A stretch of DNA of 59,328 bases from an uncultured virus (IMG/VR IMGVR_UViG_3300030520_000004). Lineage: Duplodnaviria > Heunggongvirae > Uroviricota > Caudoviricetes. Of the stretch, positions 9,515 through 17,992 are shown one piece after another. Under the pieces are notes generated by a model. The model did no database searches. It saw only the letters and a program-made list of their open reading frames with translations, and was not told where the DNA came from. The first letter of the stretch is position 1. Each line of letters begins with the position of its first letter. The stretch lies in IMG/VR virus record IMGVR_UViG_3300030520_000004. One strand, given 5' to 3'. The position numbers and the translations under genes are program-made.

Positions 9515-9855
9515 GGGGTCGGCCCCTTCAGGCGGTTGAGCATGTCGGCGACAGTGAACCCGTTGACGGTGATCAGCGGCGCGGCCTTCTTCGCCAGCCG
9601 CGTTGCTGTGGCCAGGTCGAAGCGGTGCCCGGCGATCCACCGGTCCGTGCGGCTGGACGGCAACATCTCGTAGTCCCATCGGCCACGCCGGTTCAGGCAG
9701 TAGCCCATCCGGCACACGGCCCAGCGGGTCGTGCCGTTCATCTGGCCGCGCTCCTCGATGCGGATCTCGAACAGGTGCGTGTCCATGTCCCGCCTGGGCA
9801 GGCAGGAGACGGTGTACGACGACGGGCGGACGGTCACCTCGGGCAGGTCGGTCAC
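9511..9855 (-). CDS. Hypothetical phage protein
   Basis: YTVSCLP...WAV...CLN..G.WDYE..PSSR.D.W...HRFDL. Confidence 0.6.
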   Translation of the reverse strand: MTDLPEVTVRPSSYTVSCLPRRDMDTHLFEIRIEERGQMNGTTRWAVCRMGYCLNRRGRWDYEMLPSSRTDRWIAGHRFDLATATRLAKKAAPLITVNGFTVADMLNRLKGPTP

Positions 9856-10103
9856 GGCTGGCCTCCGGCGGTGGCGTTGATGGCACGGGCGGTGGCGAGG
9901 GCCTGCGGCTCGATGGCGTCCTGCCAGGCCGCGTGGGTGGTGCCCTCCAGCCGGATCGCAGTGGCGTCCAGCCAGCGGGCCAGGCCCGGGCCGAAGGCCG
10001 CCAGGGCGGACGGGAGCCACAGGTCAGAGGAGTCGGCGGCGGCCCAATCGCGGGCGGTGGCAGCTGCGGCGCGCAGTTCGTCGGCGGGGGTGAGGTCAGG
10101 CAT
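9852..10103 (-). CDS. Hypothetical phage protein
   Basis: TPADELRAAA...LARWLD...ALATARAIN. Confidence 0.55.
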   Translation of the reverse strand: MPDLTPADELRAAAATARDWAAADSSDLWLPSALAAFGPGLARWLDATAIRLEGTTHAAWQDAIEPQALATARAINATAGGQP

Positions 10104-10398
10104 TGCGGGTGTCCTCGGGGTAGTCATAGTCGTCCAGGGCGTGGTGCGCGGCATGGGCCACGGCGAGGCACCGCTGCTGCTGCTTGGGTCCGAGGTGGAC
10201 GGACAGCAGCGGCCCGAGCTGGTCGGCGATGAACGCGATCCGCTGCGGGGGCTCGAACTCGGCGAGGCTGCACGCGGCCTCCGGGGACAGCGCGCAGTCC
10301 TCGCAGCCGCAGCCGTCCGGGCCGTGCTCCGACAGCAGGCCGCCGCAGTTCGCGCACCAGCAGGACGGGCAGCGATCCGGGGCAGCGGTGTCAGGCAT
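10096..10398 (-). CDS. Cys-rich hypothetical protein
   Basis: Coupled chain. Confidence 0.5.
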   Translation of the reverse strand: MPDTAAPDRCPSCWCANCGGLLSEHGPDGCGCEDCALSPEAACSLAEFEPPQRIAFIADQLGPLLSVHLGPKQQQRCLAVAHAAHHALDDYDYPEDTRNA

Positions 10399-10630
10399 TG
10401 GGTGCTTCCTCGACGAGTCGGTAGCCGGTGGTGGTGGGCCGGAAGCGGTCGAGTCGGATCCGGGTACGGCGTCCCGGTTTGGCGTGGTCGTCGCCGATGC
10501 CGCGCGGGATGTGGAGTTCAACCAGCGCGTGCGTCGCGTCGACCTCGACGATCCGAACCTGGCGACCTGCGCTGCGCTTGTCGTTGTCCGCCCAGACCTG
10601 GCCGGGACGAACGGTGCTGGGATCGCTCAT
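10391..10630 (-). CDS. Small SH3-like hypothetical protein
   Basis: VRPGQVWADNDKRSAGRQVRIVEVD...RTRIRLDRFRPTTTGYRL; AAGGAG RBS. Confidence 0.6.
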   Translation of the reverse strand: MSDPSTVRPGQVWADNDKRSAGRQVRIVEVDATHALVELHIPRGIGDDHAKPGRRTRIRLDRFRPTTTGYRLVEEAPNA

Positions 10631-10671
10631 GTGCTGCTCCTTGGGTTGGTGTGCCGGCTGGCCCGGCAGGG

Positions 10672-11010
10672 CTACGGGCGGGTGGCCGATTTGCTGGCCG
10701 CCGCCTCGGTGTAGGTGTTCCGGGCTTCCCGCACGGACTCGGCACTGGGGACGGCGGTCCCGTTCACTTTGGCGGCGACCCGCGACGCCGCCTCCCACAT
10801 GCCGTAGCCGCCCTCGTGGCCGTGGAACGGGGCCATCCACGCGAGTTCGTTGGCGGTCTCGTCCAGCCAGTCCGCGACCGGATCGGCGAGACCGGCGAGC
10901 GGACCGGTGGTGTCCGGTGCGACGGTGCGCAGGGTGTCGGCGGCCTGCTGGAGGGGGAGGGCGGCAGGCCAGGTCGTGCGTCGGGAGCCGAGCGGCTGGG
11001 TGCCGGTCAC
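10672..11010 (-). CDS. Hypothetical phage protein
   Basis: GTGA coupling. Confidence 0.5.
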   Translation of the reverse strand: MTGTQPLGSRRTTWPAALPLQQAADTLRTVAPDTTGPLAGLADPVADWLDETANELAWMAPFHGHEGGYGMWEAASRVAAKVNGTAVPSAESVREARNTYTEAAASKSATRP

Positions 11011-11258
11011 GTCGCGCTCCCGTCGGCCATGGCGCGCAGGTCGGCCGCGTGCTTCCGGAGGACGCAGCTGTCGCAACCGCCGCAGCGGCAGGTGTCGTTG
11101 CTGTCGATGAAGTCGGCGGCCTCGCGGAGCACGGCGGCTCGCTGCACCTCGTCGTAGGCGGTGACCTTGGCTTCCGCGCCTTCCCTGTTCAGGCCGCCGA
11201 TCATCAGCTCCAGCACCATTGCAGCATGCGCGGCGGCGGCATCATCCCGGGCGCTCAC
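11007..11258 (-). CDS. Hypothetical phage protein
   Basis: RAAVLREAAD...LRAMAD pattern. Confidence 0.55.
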   Translation of the reverse strand: MSARDDAAAAHAAMVLELMIGGLNREGAEAKVTAYDEVQRAAVLREAADFIDSNDTCRCGGCDSCVLRKHAADLRAMADGSAT

Positions 11259-11572
11259 TGGGCACCGTCCCGCACCAGTTTGGCGCAGCCCCACGCGAAC
11301 TTGCGCGAGTAGTCGACGTGCCCGGCAGCCGACTGGTCCGCCCGCTCAACCTCGGCCATGGCCACCAGCGGCAGACCCGGGTCGATCCCGACACGGAGCC
11401 GGTTCACGGCGTCGAGCATCACCTCGCGCTCGTAGACGGCCCACGCGCACTCCTGGCCGTACGGACCGTCGACCAGGTCGGGGCGTTGGGCGCGCTGCTC
11501 CTGGGCTCCGGCCAGGACCTGGCGGAGGCTGTCGGAGAGTGCACGGAGCAGGTCGTAGGTGCGGGCGCTCAC
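11255..11572 (-). CDS. Hypothetical phage protein
   Basis: W..YERE.M..AVN..R...AAGHVDYSRKFA..CA.L. Confidence 0.6.
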   Translation of the reverse strand: MSARTYDLLRALSDSLRQVLAGAQEQRAQRPDLVDGPYGQECAWAVYEREVMLDAVNRLRVGIDPGLPLVAMAEVERADQSAAGHVDYSRKFAWGCAKLVRDGAQ

Positions 11573-11838
11573 CAGATCACCTCGGGCGCCTTCAACTCGT
11601 CGTCCTCGGTCGGCTGAACCTGGTTCGCGAACGTCGGGTGCCCGCTGAACTCCCGCAGAGCCCGGAGTGCCCGCCCGGCTCGGAGCCAGCAGTAGGAGCA
11701 CGGCTCGACGTCGCTGATGTTGTCGTGCATGTGCATGGACTCGCCCCGGTGCAGGGCGTCGGCGGCGGCTCGGAGAGCTTCGCGGGCGTCGGGTCCAGCA
11801 ATGTCGTTGGCGATCTGCTCGTAGTCGTCGTGCGGCAT
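11569..11838 (-). CDS. Hypothetical phage protein
   Basis: Coupled chain; CSYC. Confidence 0.5.
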   Translation of the reverse strand: MPHDDYEQIANDIAGPDAREALRAAADALHRGESMHMHDNISDVEPCSYCWLRAGRALRALREFSGHPTFANQVQPTEDDELKAPEVIW

Positions 11839-11839
11839 G

Positions 11840-11980
11840 TCAGTTCTCCTCGTTCTCGCCAGTGCCGTCGCACTCCGGGCAGTCACCTGTGGAGTCGCAG
11901 GTCGGGCAGGTCATTCCGTCGTCGTTGCAGTCGGTGCATTCGCCCGAGCCGTCACAGCCGGGGCATTCGGTGGTCGGCAT
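11840..11980 (-). CDS. Tiny DnaJ-type CxxCxGxG zinc-finger protein
   Basis: CPGCDGSG, CTDC, CPTCDSTG, CPECDGTG; AAGGAG RBS. Confidence 0.6.
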   Translation of the reverse strand: MPTTECPGCDGSGECTDCNDDGMTCPTCDSTGDCPECDGTGENEEN

Positions 11981-11981
11981 G

Positions 11982-12263
11982 TCATTTCTCCTTGCTGGTG
12001 GTGTCGTTGGCCAGGCGGGCGATGGCGGGGTCGATGTGGTTGATGACCTCGTGGACCAAGCAGCCAGGCCCGGCGCACGGGATGCTGCGGTTCTGCTCGG
12101 CATGGAACGCGCGCTGCTCCTCGGCGACCTGCTCGCGGACGTGCCGCTCAATCGCGGGCCAGTAGTGGGCGAGCACGTCGGCGACGGTGTGCTGCGACAT
12201 GACCGGGCCGGGGGCGTCGTATGTCAGGCGGGTGATGGCGGTTGGGATGTCGTGGGCGCGCAT
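11982..12263 (-). CDS. Hypothetical phage protein
   Basis: Coupled chain. Confidence 0.5.
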   Translation of the reverse strand: MRAHDIPTAITRLTYDAPGPVMSQHTVADVLAHYWPAIERHVREQVAEEQRAFHAEQNRSIPCAGPGCLVHEVINHIDPAIARLANDTTSKEK

Positions 12264-12826
12264 CACTTGCACCACCCGATGACGCGCATCTCGCCGCCGC
12301 CCTCCGCGAGGTCGGCCCGGGACTGGGCTTGCTCAGCGGCCCAGACGAGTCCCACCACGGCATCGCTCGGTGGCACCGTGGGGTAGTCGCACCAGACCTG
12401 GTCGTACTCGTCGAGGTAGATGGCCATGTGGTCAGGACTCGGACGCGCGGGCTCGGCGGTGCGCAGCTCGGCCAGCTCGGCGCGCTGCCGGAGCAGCTCC
12501 TCGTGGGCGTTCTCCCAAGGGCAGTTGGCGCTGCTGTGCTCGCCGATGACCTCGACCGGAGCGATGGCGTAGGCCAGCTTGTCGGCCATCTCGTAGGCGT
12601 AGTCACGCTCGTCGACCGTGGCCAGGTGATAACGCTGTTCCCGGGCCAACTTGGTGGTCAGCCGCCGAATCTCGGCGAGCAGCGGGGCCATGGCGGCATC
12701 GGCCAGCTCGTCGGCGAACCCCTGGCCGATGGTGTAGGGGAACGGGCCGCTGGCGAACCGGGAGCGGACCGCCTCGCGACCGGCGGTGATCGAGGCGAGC
12801 TGGGCGTTGGACAGGGGCACGGTCAT
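12263..12826 (-). CDS. Ead/Ea22-like mosaic hypothetical protein
   Basis: PLS..QLASI...PLLAEIRRL; ADKLAYAIA...IGEHSSANCPW.NA. Confidence 0.55.
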   Translation of the reverse strand: MTVPLSNAQLASITAGREAVRSRFASGPFPYTIGQGFADELADAAMAPLLAEIRRLTTKLAREQRYHLATVDERDYAYEMADKLAYAIAPVEVIGEHSSANCPWENAHEELLRQRAELAELRTAEPARPSPDHMAIYLDEYDQVWCDYPTVPPSDAVVGLVWAAEQAQSRADLAEGGGEMRVIGWCK

Positions 12827-13134
12827 CGCGGGGGCTCCTCGGTGAAGTCGGCGACGCGCCGCCGGTCGGCAAGGCGGTCCAGCAGATCCCCGACGCTGTG
12901 GCCGGAGCCCGCGAACGTGCCGCGCGAGTCGTAGGCCAGGTGCGTCGGCGAGAGGCCGTCGGCGGCCAACTGCACCCGGCCCCGGTAGTCGTCGTCCAGC
13001 GGCGTCACTGCGGCGTACAGCGTGATGTTGCGACGTCCGAGGCCGTCGGTGCCGTCAACGATGCAGTGCCCGGGCGGCGTGGCACTGTCGACGCCCACCC
13101 AGATCGGGGTGATGTCGGCGAGATGGATGATCAC
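12823..13134 (-). CDS. Hypothetical phage protein
   Basis: Coupled chain. Confidence 0.5.
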   Translation of the reverse strand: MIIHLADITPIWVGVDSATPPGHCIVDGTDGLGRRNITLYAAVTPLDDDYRGRVQLAADGLSPTHLAYDSRGTFAGSGHSVGDLLDRLADRRRVADFTEEPPR

Positions 13135-13343
13135 GGTCGGTCCTTCGGGTCGGGGTGGGTGGCGGTCCAGCAGGCGGGGCAGATGTCGCCGGCGCGGGTC
13201 CGATGCCAGCCGGAGGCCTTGAGATGCGCACGGAGCAGCGCCACGGTCGGCTGCTCGATCGGTGCGCCCCAGGCCCGGTCGCACTGCACGCCGTCCGGGA
13301 GGATGCGGTCGCAGCGGATCGTGCGGATCAGTTCGAGGCTCAC
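13131..13343 (-). CDS. Small Zn-binding hypothetical protein
   Basis: CD...C...GW...DICPAC. Confidence 0.55.
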   Translation of the reverse strand: MSLELIRTIRCDRILPDGVQCDRAWGAPIEQPTVALLRAHLKASGWHRTRAGDICPACWTATHPDPKDRP

Positions 13344-14044
13344 CGGGACACCGCCAGGGCGCCGATGTGCGCGGCGACCTGCCGGCCGATGTACGCGGTG
13401 TACGCCGGCGGTATCGCCTGGTTCAGGCCGTCCTTCGTCATCCACCCGGCGGGAATGCCCATGGCGTCCTCGGCGGCGGCCTTGGTGCTGTTGCCGCCGC
13501 CGTTGACGGACACGAACGCCGTCCACTCGTCCAGGCGCCCGTAGTGGGCCTTGCGCTTGTCCAGGGTGTACACGAGCGGATGCCGCGGATGGTCGGCCGG
13601 GGCGGCGAGGGGGATGTTCGACTCGAACAGGCGGTGCCGGATCACGCGCAGGCCGGGAAACTGCGTGCCGCACAGCACCAGCGGATCCCGCAGCGGCGCG
13701 CCTTCGACGTTCTCGATGACCCACGGCAGGCCGGTCGCCTCGAACAGGGCACGGGTCTCGGGGATGAAGTCCTCGTACTGCCGGCCGGTGCGGTGTGCGA
13801 GGTCGGAGTGGGCCCAGCACGGCGGACTGCCTGTGACCGCGTCGAAGTTGGCGCGGATCCACTCGGGGTCGAGGTCCCGCAGGTCCGTCTGGATGAACGG
13901 GAACGGGTAGCGGGGCTGTGATTCGCGGTCGGCGCCGGTGACGTGGAAGCCGGCGAGGTGGTAGCCCCAGCTGGCGCCTCCTTGCTTGCAGCACAGGTCA
14001 AGGAGGCGAAGGCCGTTCCAGGGACGATCGGGCAGGGTGGACAT
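13340..14044 (-). CDS. DNA cytosine-5 methyltransferase (short phage type)
   Basis: Motif I-like LLDLCCKQGG, catalytic GSPPC, motif VI VIENV, R.HR.F. Confidence 0.8.
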   Translation of the reverse strand: MSTLPDRPWNGLRLLDLCCKQGGASWGYHLAGFHVTGADRESQPRYPFPFIQTDLRDLDPEWIRANFDAVTGSPPCWAHSDLAHRTGRQYEDFIPETRALFEATGLPWVIENVEGAPLRDPLVLCGTQFPGLRVIRHRLFESNIPLAAPADHPRHPLVYTLDKRKAHYGRLDEWTAFVSVNGGGNSTKAAAEDAMGIPAGWMTKDGLNQAIPPAYTAYIGRQVAAHIGALAVSR

Positions 14045-14134
14045 CGGTGCTGCTCCTGGGGGCTGGTGGCTGGTGGTGGTGGACGGTGGTGGCCGTGTCC
14101 TGCGGGGGTGGCGGGACACGGCCGGGGCGGGCGG

Positions 14135-14467
14135 TCAGGCGGTGAACTCGGGGGGCATGTGCTCTGCGATCAACTCGGCCAGCCACTCGGGTGGCTGGCT
14201 GGCGGCGCTCCCGGGCCAGTAGTCGACGCTGATCTCCTGCTGGCCGACGCCACCGGACTTGAGCCGCCTGAGTCCGTGGACCTTGGCTCCGGCGAAGCCG
14301 ATCCTGAAGTAGCTGGGGCGATGGCTGTCGGGGGCCCACTGGTAGGTGATCTCGACGCTGTCCGGGGCAACGGTTGAGCGTTCCTGCCAGGTGGTGATGT
14401 CGGGTGTATCGGCGAGGGCCAGGGTGATGGTGATGGTGCGGGTCTCGGCAGTACGGATCGCGGTCAT
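14135..14467 (-). CDS. Hypothetical phage protein
   Basis: GGAG RBS; PPEWL.ELI..H.P C-terminus. Confidence 0.6.
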   Translation of the reverse strand: MTAIRTAETRTITITLALADTPDITTWQERSTVAPDSVEITYQWAPDSHRPSYFRIGFAGAKVHGLRRLKSGGVGQQEISVDYWPGSAASQPPEWLAELIAEHMPPEFTA

Positions 14468-14500
14468 GGGTGGTCTCCGGTGGGTGTGGCGCGGCGGGGG

Positions 14501-14728
14501 CTAGGCGGTGGGGTAGTTGGCGATGTCATCGGCGAGGACACGCAGCTCCTCTATGGCCCAGTCGACGCCAGCACTGAAGTCGGCGTCATGGTCCGGATTC
14601 GCGTCGTACAGATGCTTGGCGGCGGTGCGCAGGGTCTCGGCGAGGTCGGCTTGGGCGTCGTCGGCGTCGGTGCTGGCCATGACGGCACGAAAGCGGTGGA
14701 TCAGGTCGGCGGCGGGTTCATTGATCAC
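14501..14728 (-). CDS. Hypothetical phage protein
   Basis: GAGGAG RBS. Confidence 0.5.
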   Translation of the reverse strand: MINEPAADLIHRFRAVMASTDADDAQADLAETLRTAAKHLYDANPDHDADFSAGVDWAIEELRVLADDIANYPTA

Positions 14729-14745
14729 GGTGGTCTCCTCGGTGG

Positions 14746-14985
14746 TCAGGCAGAAGTGGCGACGATGGTGGTGACGGTCTCGGTCGAGCCGTGCGCGCCG
14801 GAGATGTCCAGCCATATGCGGCGGGAGAGTTCGACGCCGGTGCCGTCCTTCGACACCCACGTGATCCGGCCCTCCCAGGTGTTGGTGTGGGGGCGCTTAG
14901 GCGTGCAGCCGTTGTGCATACGGCAGTGACTGCGGGAGCACACGCGGGTGACGCGAACCTGCTGACCAAGGGCGGGAGTGGTCAT
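14746..14985 (-). CDS. Hypothetical phage protein
   Basis: AGGAG RBS. Confidence 0.5.
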   Translation of the reverse strand: MTTPALGQQVRVTRVCSRSHCRMHNGCTPKRPHTNTWEGRITWVSKDGTGVELSRRIWLDISGAHGSTETVTTIVATSA

Positions 14986-15038
14986 AGCGGTGGTCTCCTG
15001 GGTCGGGGTGGTGCGCGGGCGGGTGGGCTAGGCGGCGG

Positions 15039-15968
15039 TCAGGCCAGCTCGGGGATCTCAAGGTCGGCGAGGCAGCCGCAACCGCCCCAATCCAGGTCGT
15101 CGAACAGGCCCGGCTGCTGTTCGGCGTCGGCCTCAAGCCGGATGCGGAGCAGTTTCAGCGGCAGGGGCTTCGTCTCGCCGCCGCGCCGGTCCCGCAGGAA
15201 CGCCACGTCCTTGCCGAGGTCCGCGCGCATCGCTTCTTCGGATGCCTCTGCGGCGGCGTACCGCTCAGGGAAGACTTCGAGGACGCGCGCCCACTGGGCC
15301 TGGCCTGCTTTGATGCATGCGCCTTGGCAGTTGTTGTGAGGAAAGCCGAGGCCGTACAGGCGTGGGACGGTGAGGCCAGCTCGCTCGGCCTCCTCGATCC
15401 ACTCGTCCTTGTCCCGGCGGAAGCCCTTCTCCGTCAGCGGAAACTGCGGCGTCCACGGGGTGTCGAGGAGGTCCTTGCAGCCGGGGCCCGGGAGGCGGCC
15501 GTCTTCGTTGAACAGTCCGATGCATCGCTGCTTGTCGCAGCCGCGGAGGGGATGGGCGTACCCGGCGATGACTCCGGGCAGGCGGTGTGTCTCGGTCCAG
15601 TCGATGCCGACGTACACAACGGTGTTCGCCGGGTCGCGGTTCTCGGCCAGCCACTCGCGGCACGGGACCTGCTTGAGCAGCTGCGAGCAGGGGGCGATGC
15701 GGGTGTTGCCGATGTACTTCTTGTCGCGGAACACGTCCCAGGGGGTGCGCTCCTGGGCGTCGGCGACACGGGTGATGGTCATGCCCAGACTGGCCGCAGC
15801 GTCAGTGTTCCAGCGGTAGAGGTCGGGGTCTTCGTAGTTGGTGTCGGCGAAGAGCAGCGTGGTGTTCTCGCTGCCGTGGCGGTCGACGACGATCTTGGCG
15901 GTGGCCCAGGAGGTTATGCCGCCGGACCACATGACGACGTGCTGGGTGCTGCTGGCCGAGCTGGTCAT
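15039..15968 (-). CDS. PAPS-reductase-like (adenine nucleotide alpha-hydrolase/PP-loop) protein
   Basis: VVMWSGGITS PP-loop-like motif, LLFADT..ED.DLYR, CS..LK, GF.HNNC.G.C.K, GGCGC. Confidence 0.75.
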   Translation of the reverse strand: MTSSASSTQHVVMWSGGITSWATAKIVVDRHGSENTTLLFADTNYEDPDLYRWNTDAAASLGMTITRVADAQERTPWDVFRDKKYIGNTRIAPCSQLLKQVPCREWLAENRDPANTVVYVGIDWTETHRLPGVIAGYAHPLRGCDKQRCIGLFNEDGRLPGPGCKDLLDTPWTPQFPLTEKGFRRDKDEWIEEAERAGLTVPRLYGLGFPHNNCQGACIKAGQAQWARVLEVFPERYAAAEASEEAMRADLGKDVAFLRDRRGGETKPLPLKLLRIRLEADAEQQPGLFDDLDWGGCGCLADLEIPELA

Positions 15969-16023
15969 TGGGGGCTCCGTCGGGCTGGTGGTGCGTGAGC
16001 TTGTGGCTGCGGCGAAGTCGGCC

Positions 16024-16368
16024 TCAGGCCGCCTCCAGGGCGCGGGCGGCGAGGCGGTGGTAGCAGCGGATGCCCTTGACCCCGGCCTCGCAGGTGCAGG
16101 CTGTGGTGGTGGTGCGGTGGACCCGGGTGCCGTCGGTGCTCACGGTCAGCCAGATCCGGTCGCGCAGCGGGTGGATGGCGTTGTCCTCGATCAGCTCGGC
16201 GGCCTTGGCGACCTGGTCGGCGGTGTACGTGCCGAGGCTGGCGGCGCGGCGGATCAGGGCGGTGGCCGAGGTGGCGAGGCTCGCGGTGAGGGCGGCTCGG
16301 GTGATGTGGGCGGCGCGGAGGAGGGCCTGGCGGAGGCGGGCGGTCAGCTTGCGGGTGGCGGCGATCAT
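16024..16368 (-). CDS. SWIM-type zinc-finger protein
   Basis: CTCEAG....CYH motif. Confidence 0.65.
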   Translation of the reverse strand: MIAATRKLTARLRQALLRAAHITRAALTASLATSATALIRRAASLGTYTADQVAKAAELIEDNAIHPLRDRIWLTVSTDGTRVHRTTTTACTCEAGVKGIRCYHRLAARALEAA

Positions 16369-16502
16369 CAGCGGGCCGCCTTCGCGATCTCGCGCTGGAT
16401 GGCCTTGCGGAGGGTGCGGAGGCGGGCGGTCTCGGCCTTCATGGCGGCGATCTCTGCGCGCATCCGGTCCATCTTTTCCGCGTGGGCTTCGGCTGCGGTC
16501 AT
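16368..16502 (-). CDS. Small coiled-coil protein
   Basis: GAGGAG RBS; TGATG coupling to the next gene. Confidence 0.5.
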   Translation of the reverse strand: MTAAEAHAEKMDRMRAEIAAMKAETARLRTLRKAIQREIAKAAR

Positions 16503-16543
16503 CTTGGGCTCCTCGGTGAGTGCTTCCTTCGGCGTGACTCCAG

Positions 16544-16607
16544 TTAACCAAGTCAACTTGGGCAAGTCAATAGGTACAAACAGACTTGCCCAACTTGATT
16601 TGGTTAA
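16544..16607. promoter_or_regulatory. 25-bp AT-rich inverted repeat (divergent promoter/operator)
   Basis: TTAACCAAGTCAACTTGGGCAAGTC-N14-GACTTGCCCAACTTGATTTGGTTAA, 23/25 complementary. Confidence 0.75.
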
Positions 16608-16673
16608 TGCGATCATGCAAACTAGAGGAGACCCACTAGGCGTGGCCAAGTCGACTGTGCCAACATGCGAGGC

Positions 16674-16964
16674 ATGACTGACTACACGCCGAGCCCGCAG
16701 GTAGAAGCCGCAATCGCCAACTGGCGCAGCATCCAGAAGGCCGAAGAGGAAGCGCGCATCGCAGTCCGCGCAGCCATCGCCGACGATCTCAAAGACCCGA
16801 AGAACGCAGCCGTCACAGTGGAAGACGCAGCGCCCGAACTTCCGTGGTCCAGCGAGACGATCCGAGGCATCGCCCGCGAGTACGGCGTACCCCGCAAGCG
16901 AAAGCCCACCGTCAAGTCCATCAAGCCCAAGAAGCGAACGCCCGGAGGAACGCCCTCCGGGTAG
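16674..16964 (+). CDS. Small helical/HTH DNA-binding protein
   Basis: VTVEDAAPELPWSSETIRGIAREYGV is HTH-like; basic tail. Confidence 0.6.
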   Translation: MTDYTPSPQVEAAIANWRSIQKAEEEARIAVRAAIADDLKDPKNAAVTVEDAAPELPWSSETIRGIAREYGVPRKRKPTVKSIKPKKRTPGGTPSG

Positions 16965-16979
16965 ACCGGAGGACCCCCC

Positions 16980-17873
16980 GTGGCCAAGAACGACCCGACC
17001 GGACGCACCGCCCTCTACCGGCTCCTCGCCGCCAACGGGCGGCTGCTCTACGTCGGCATCGCTGGCAATCCCGACAGCCGCTGGGGTCAGCACTCGACCC
17101 AGCAGAAGTGGTGGGCGGACGTTGTCGACCGCAAGGTCGAGTGGTTCCCCGATCGAGCCGCCGCAGCCGCCGCCGAGGTCGCGGCCATCAAGACCGAACG
17201 GCCGCTGCACAACATCCAGCACGCCGTGGTTGACAAGCCCGCGATCCCGGCGCGGGCGGCCAACAGCGGCGACGTTCCGCCCCCGGATGAGGAGTGGCCG
17301 CCGCCCCCCAGTGGCGTCCCCGGCGACCGGCTGCCCTTCAAGCGCTCGGGCAGCGCCATGAGCGTCGGAAGTGGTGCCACTCAGGCGGACCATTCCGCGG
17401 CGGCCACTTTGCCCTACGGGCGGGCTGCCCACGAGCGGATGCCCCCGCAGGACCTGGCCGCCGAGCAGTCGGTGCTGGGCGGCATGTTGCTGTCCAAAGA
17501 CGCCATTGCGGACGTCGTAAGAGTGCTCCACCCCGCCGACTACTACCGGCCCGCGCACGCCCTCATCCACACCGCTGTCACGGACCTCAACAGCCGCGGT
17601 GAACCGGCCGACCCGATCACCGTCTCCAGCGAGCTGGTCAAGCGCGGGGAGATCACCCGCGTCGGCGGCCCCTCGTACCTGCACACCCTGGTCAACTCCG
17701 TACCCACGGCGGCCAACGCCGAGTACTACGCGGAGATCGTGCACGAGCGCGCGGTGCTGCGCCGGCTGGTCGAGGCGGGCACCCGGATCGCGCAGATGGG
17801 CTACGCCGCCGAGGGCGACGTGGACGAGATCGTCTGCGCAGCTCGGGCGGAGATCTGGGCAGTGAGTCAGTAG
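16980..17873 (+). CDS. GIY-YIG nuclease domain fused to DnaB helicase N-terminal domain
   Basis: TALYRL...LLYVGI...R...H...AE..AI..ERPLHN, then RMPPQDLAAEQSVLGGMLLSKDAIADV...PTAANAEYYAEIVHERAVLRRLV; GGAGG RBS. Confidence 0.85.
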   Translation: MAKNDPTGRTALYRLLAANGRLLYVGIAGNPDSRWGQHSTQQKWWADVVDRKVEWFPDRAAAAAAEVAAIKTERPLHNIQHAVVDKPAIPARAANSGDVPPPDEEWPPPPSGVPGDRLPFKRSGSAMSVGSGATQADHSAAATLPYGRAAHERMPPQDLAAEQSVLGGMLLSKDAIADVVRVLHPADYYRPAHALIHTAVTDLNSRGEPADPITVSSELVKRGEITRVGGPSYLHTLVNSVPTAANAEYYAEIVHERAVLRRLVEAGTRIAQMGYAAEGDVDEIVCAARAEIWAVSQ

Positions 17874-17992
17874 TTCGCGCGCGCCTTGCTGGGGCCGACG
17901 GTCGATGACCGTCGGCCCCGACTCCCGCCCGCCCCATCCCGCCCCCGTCCGCCCCCATCGCCGACGGGCGTTTCCGCATGCCCGGGCCCGGG

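Noticed and set aside
9625..11157. 510-aa plus-strand ORF (likewise 23732..25318, 50635..52065, 53952..55487)
   Set aside because: Arg/Gly/Pro-rich shadow frames overlapping coupled real genes
17430..17873. Functional DnaB helicase or a frameshifted dnaB pseudogene
   Set aside because: The ORF ends before the ATPase domain, and no Walker A continuation is visible in the downstream ORF track
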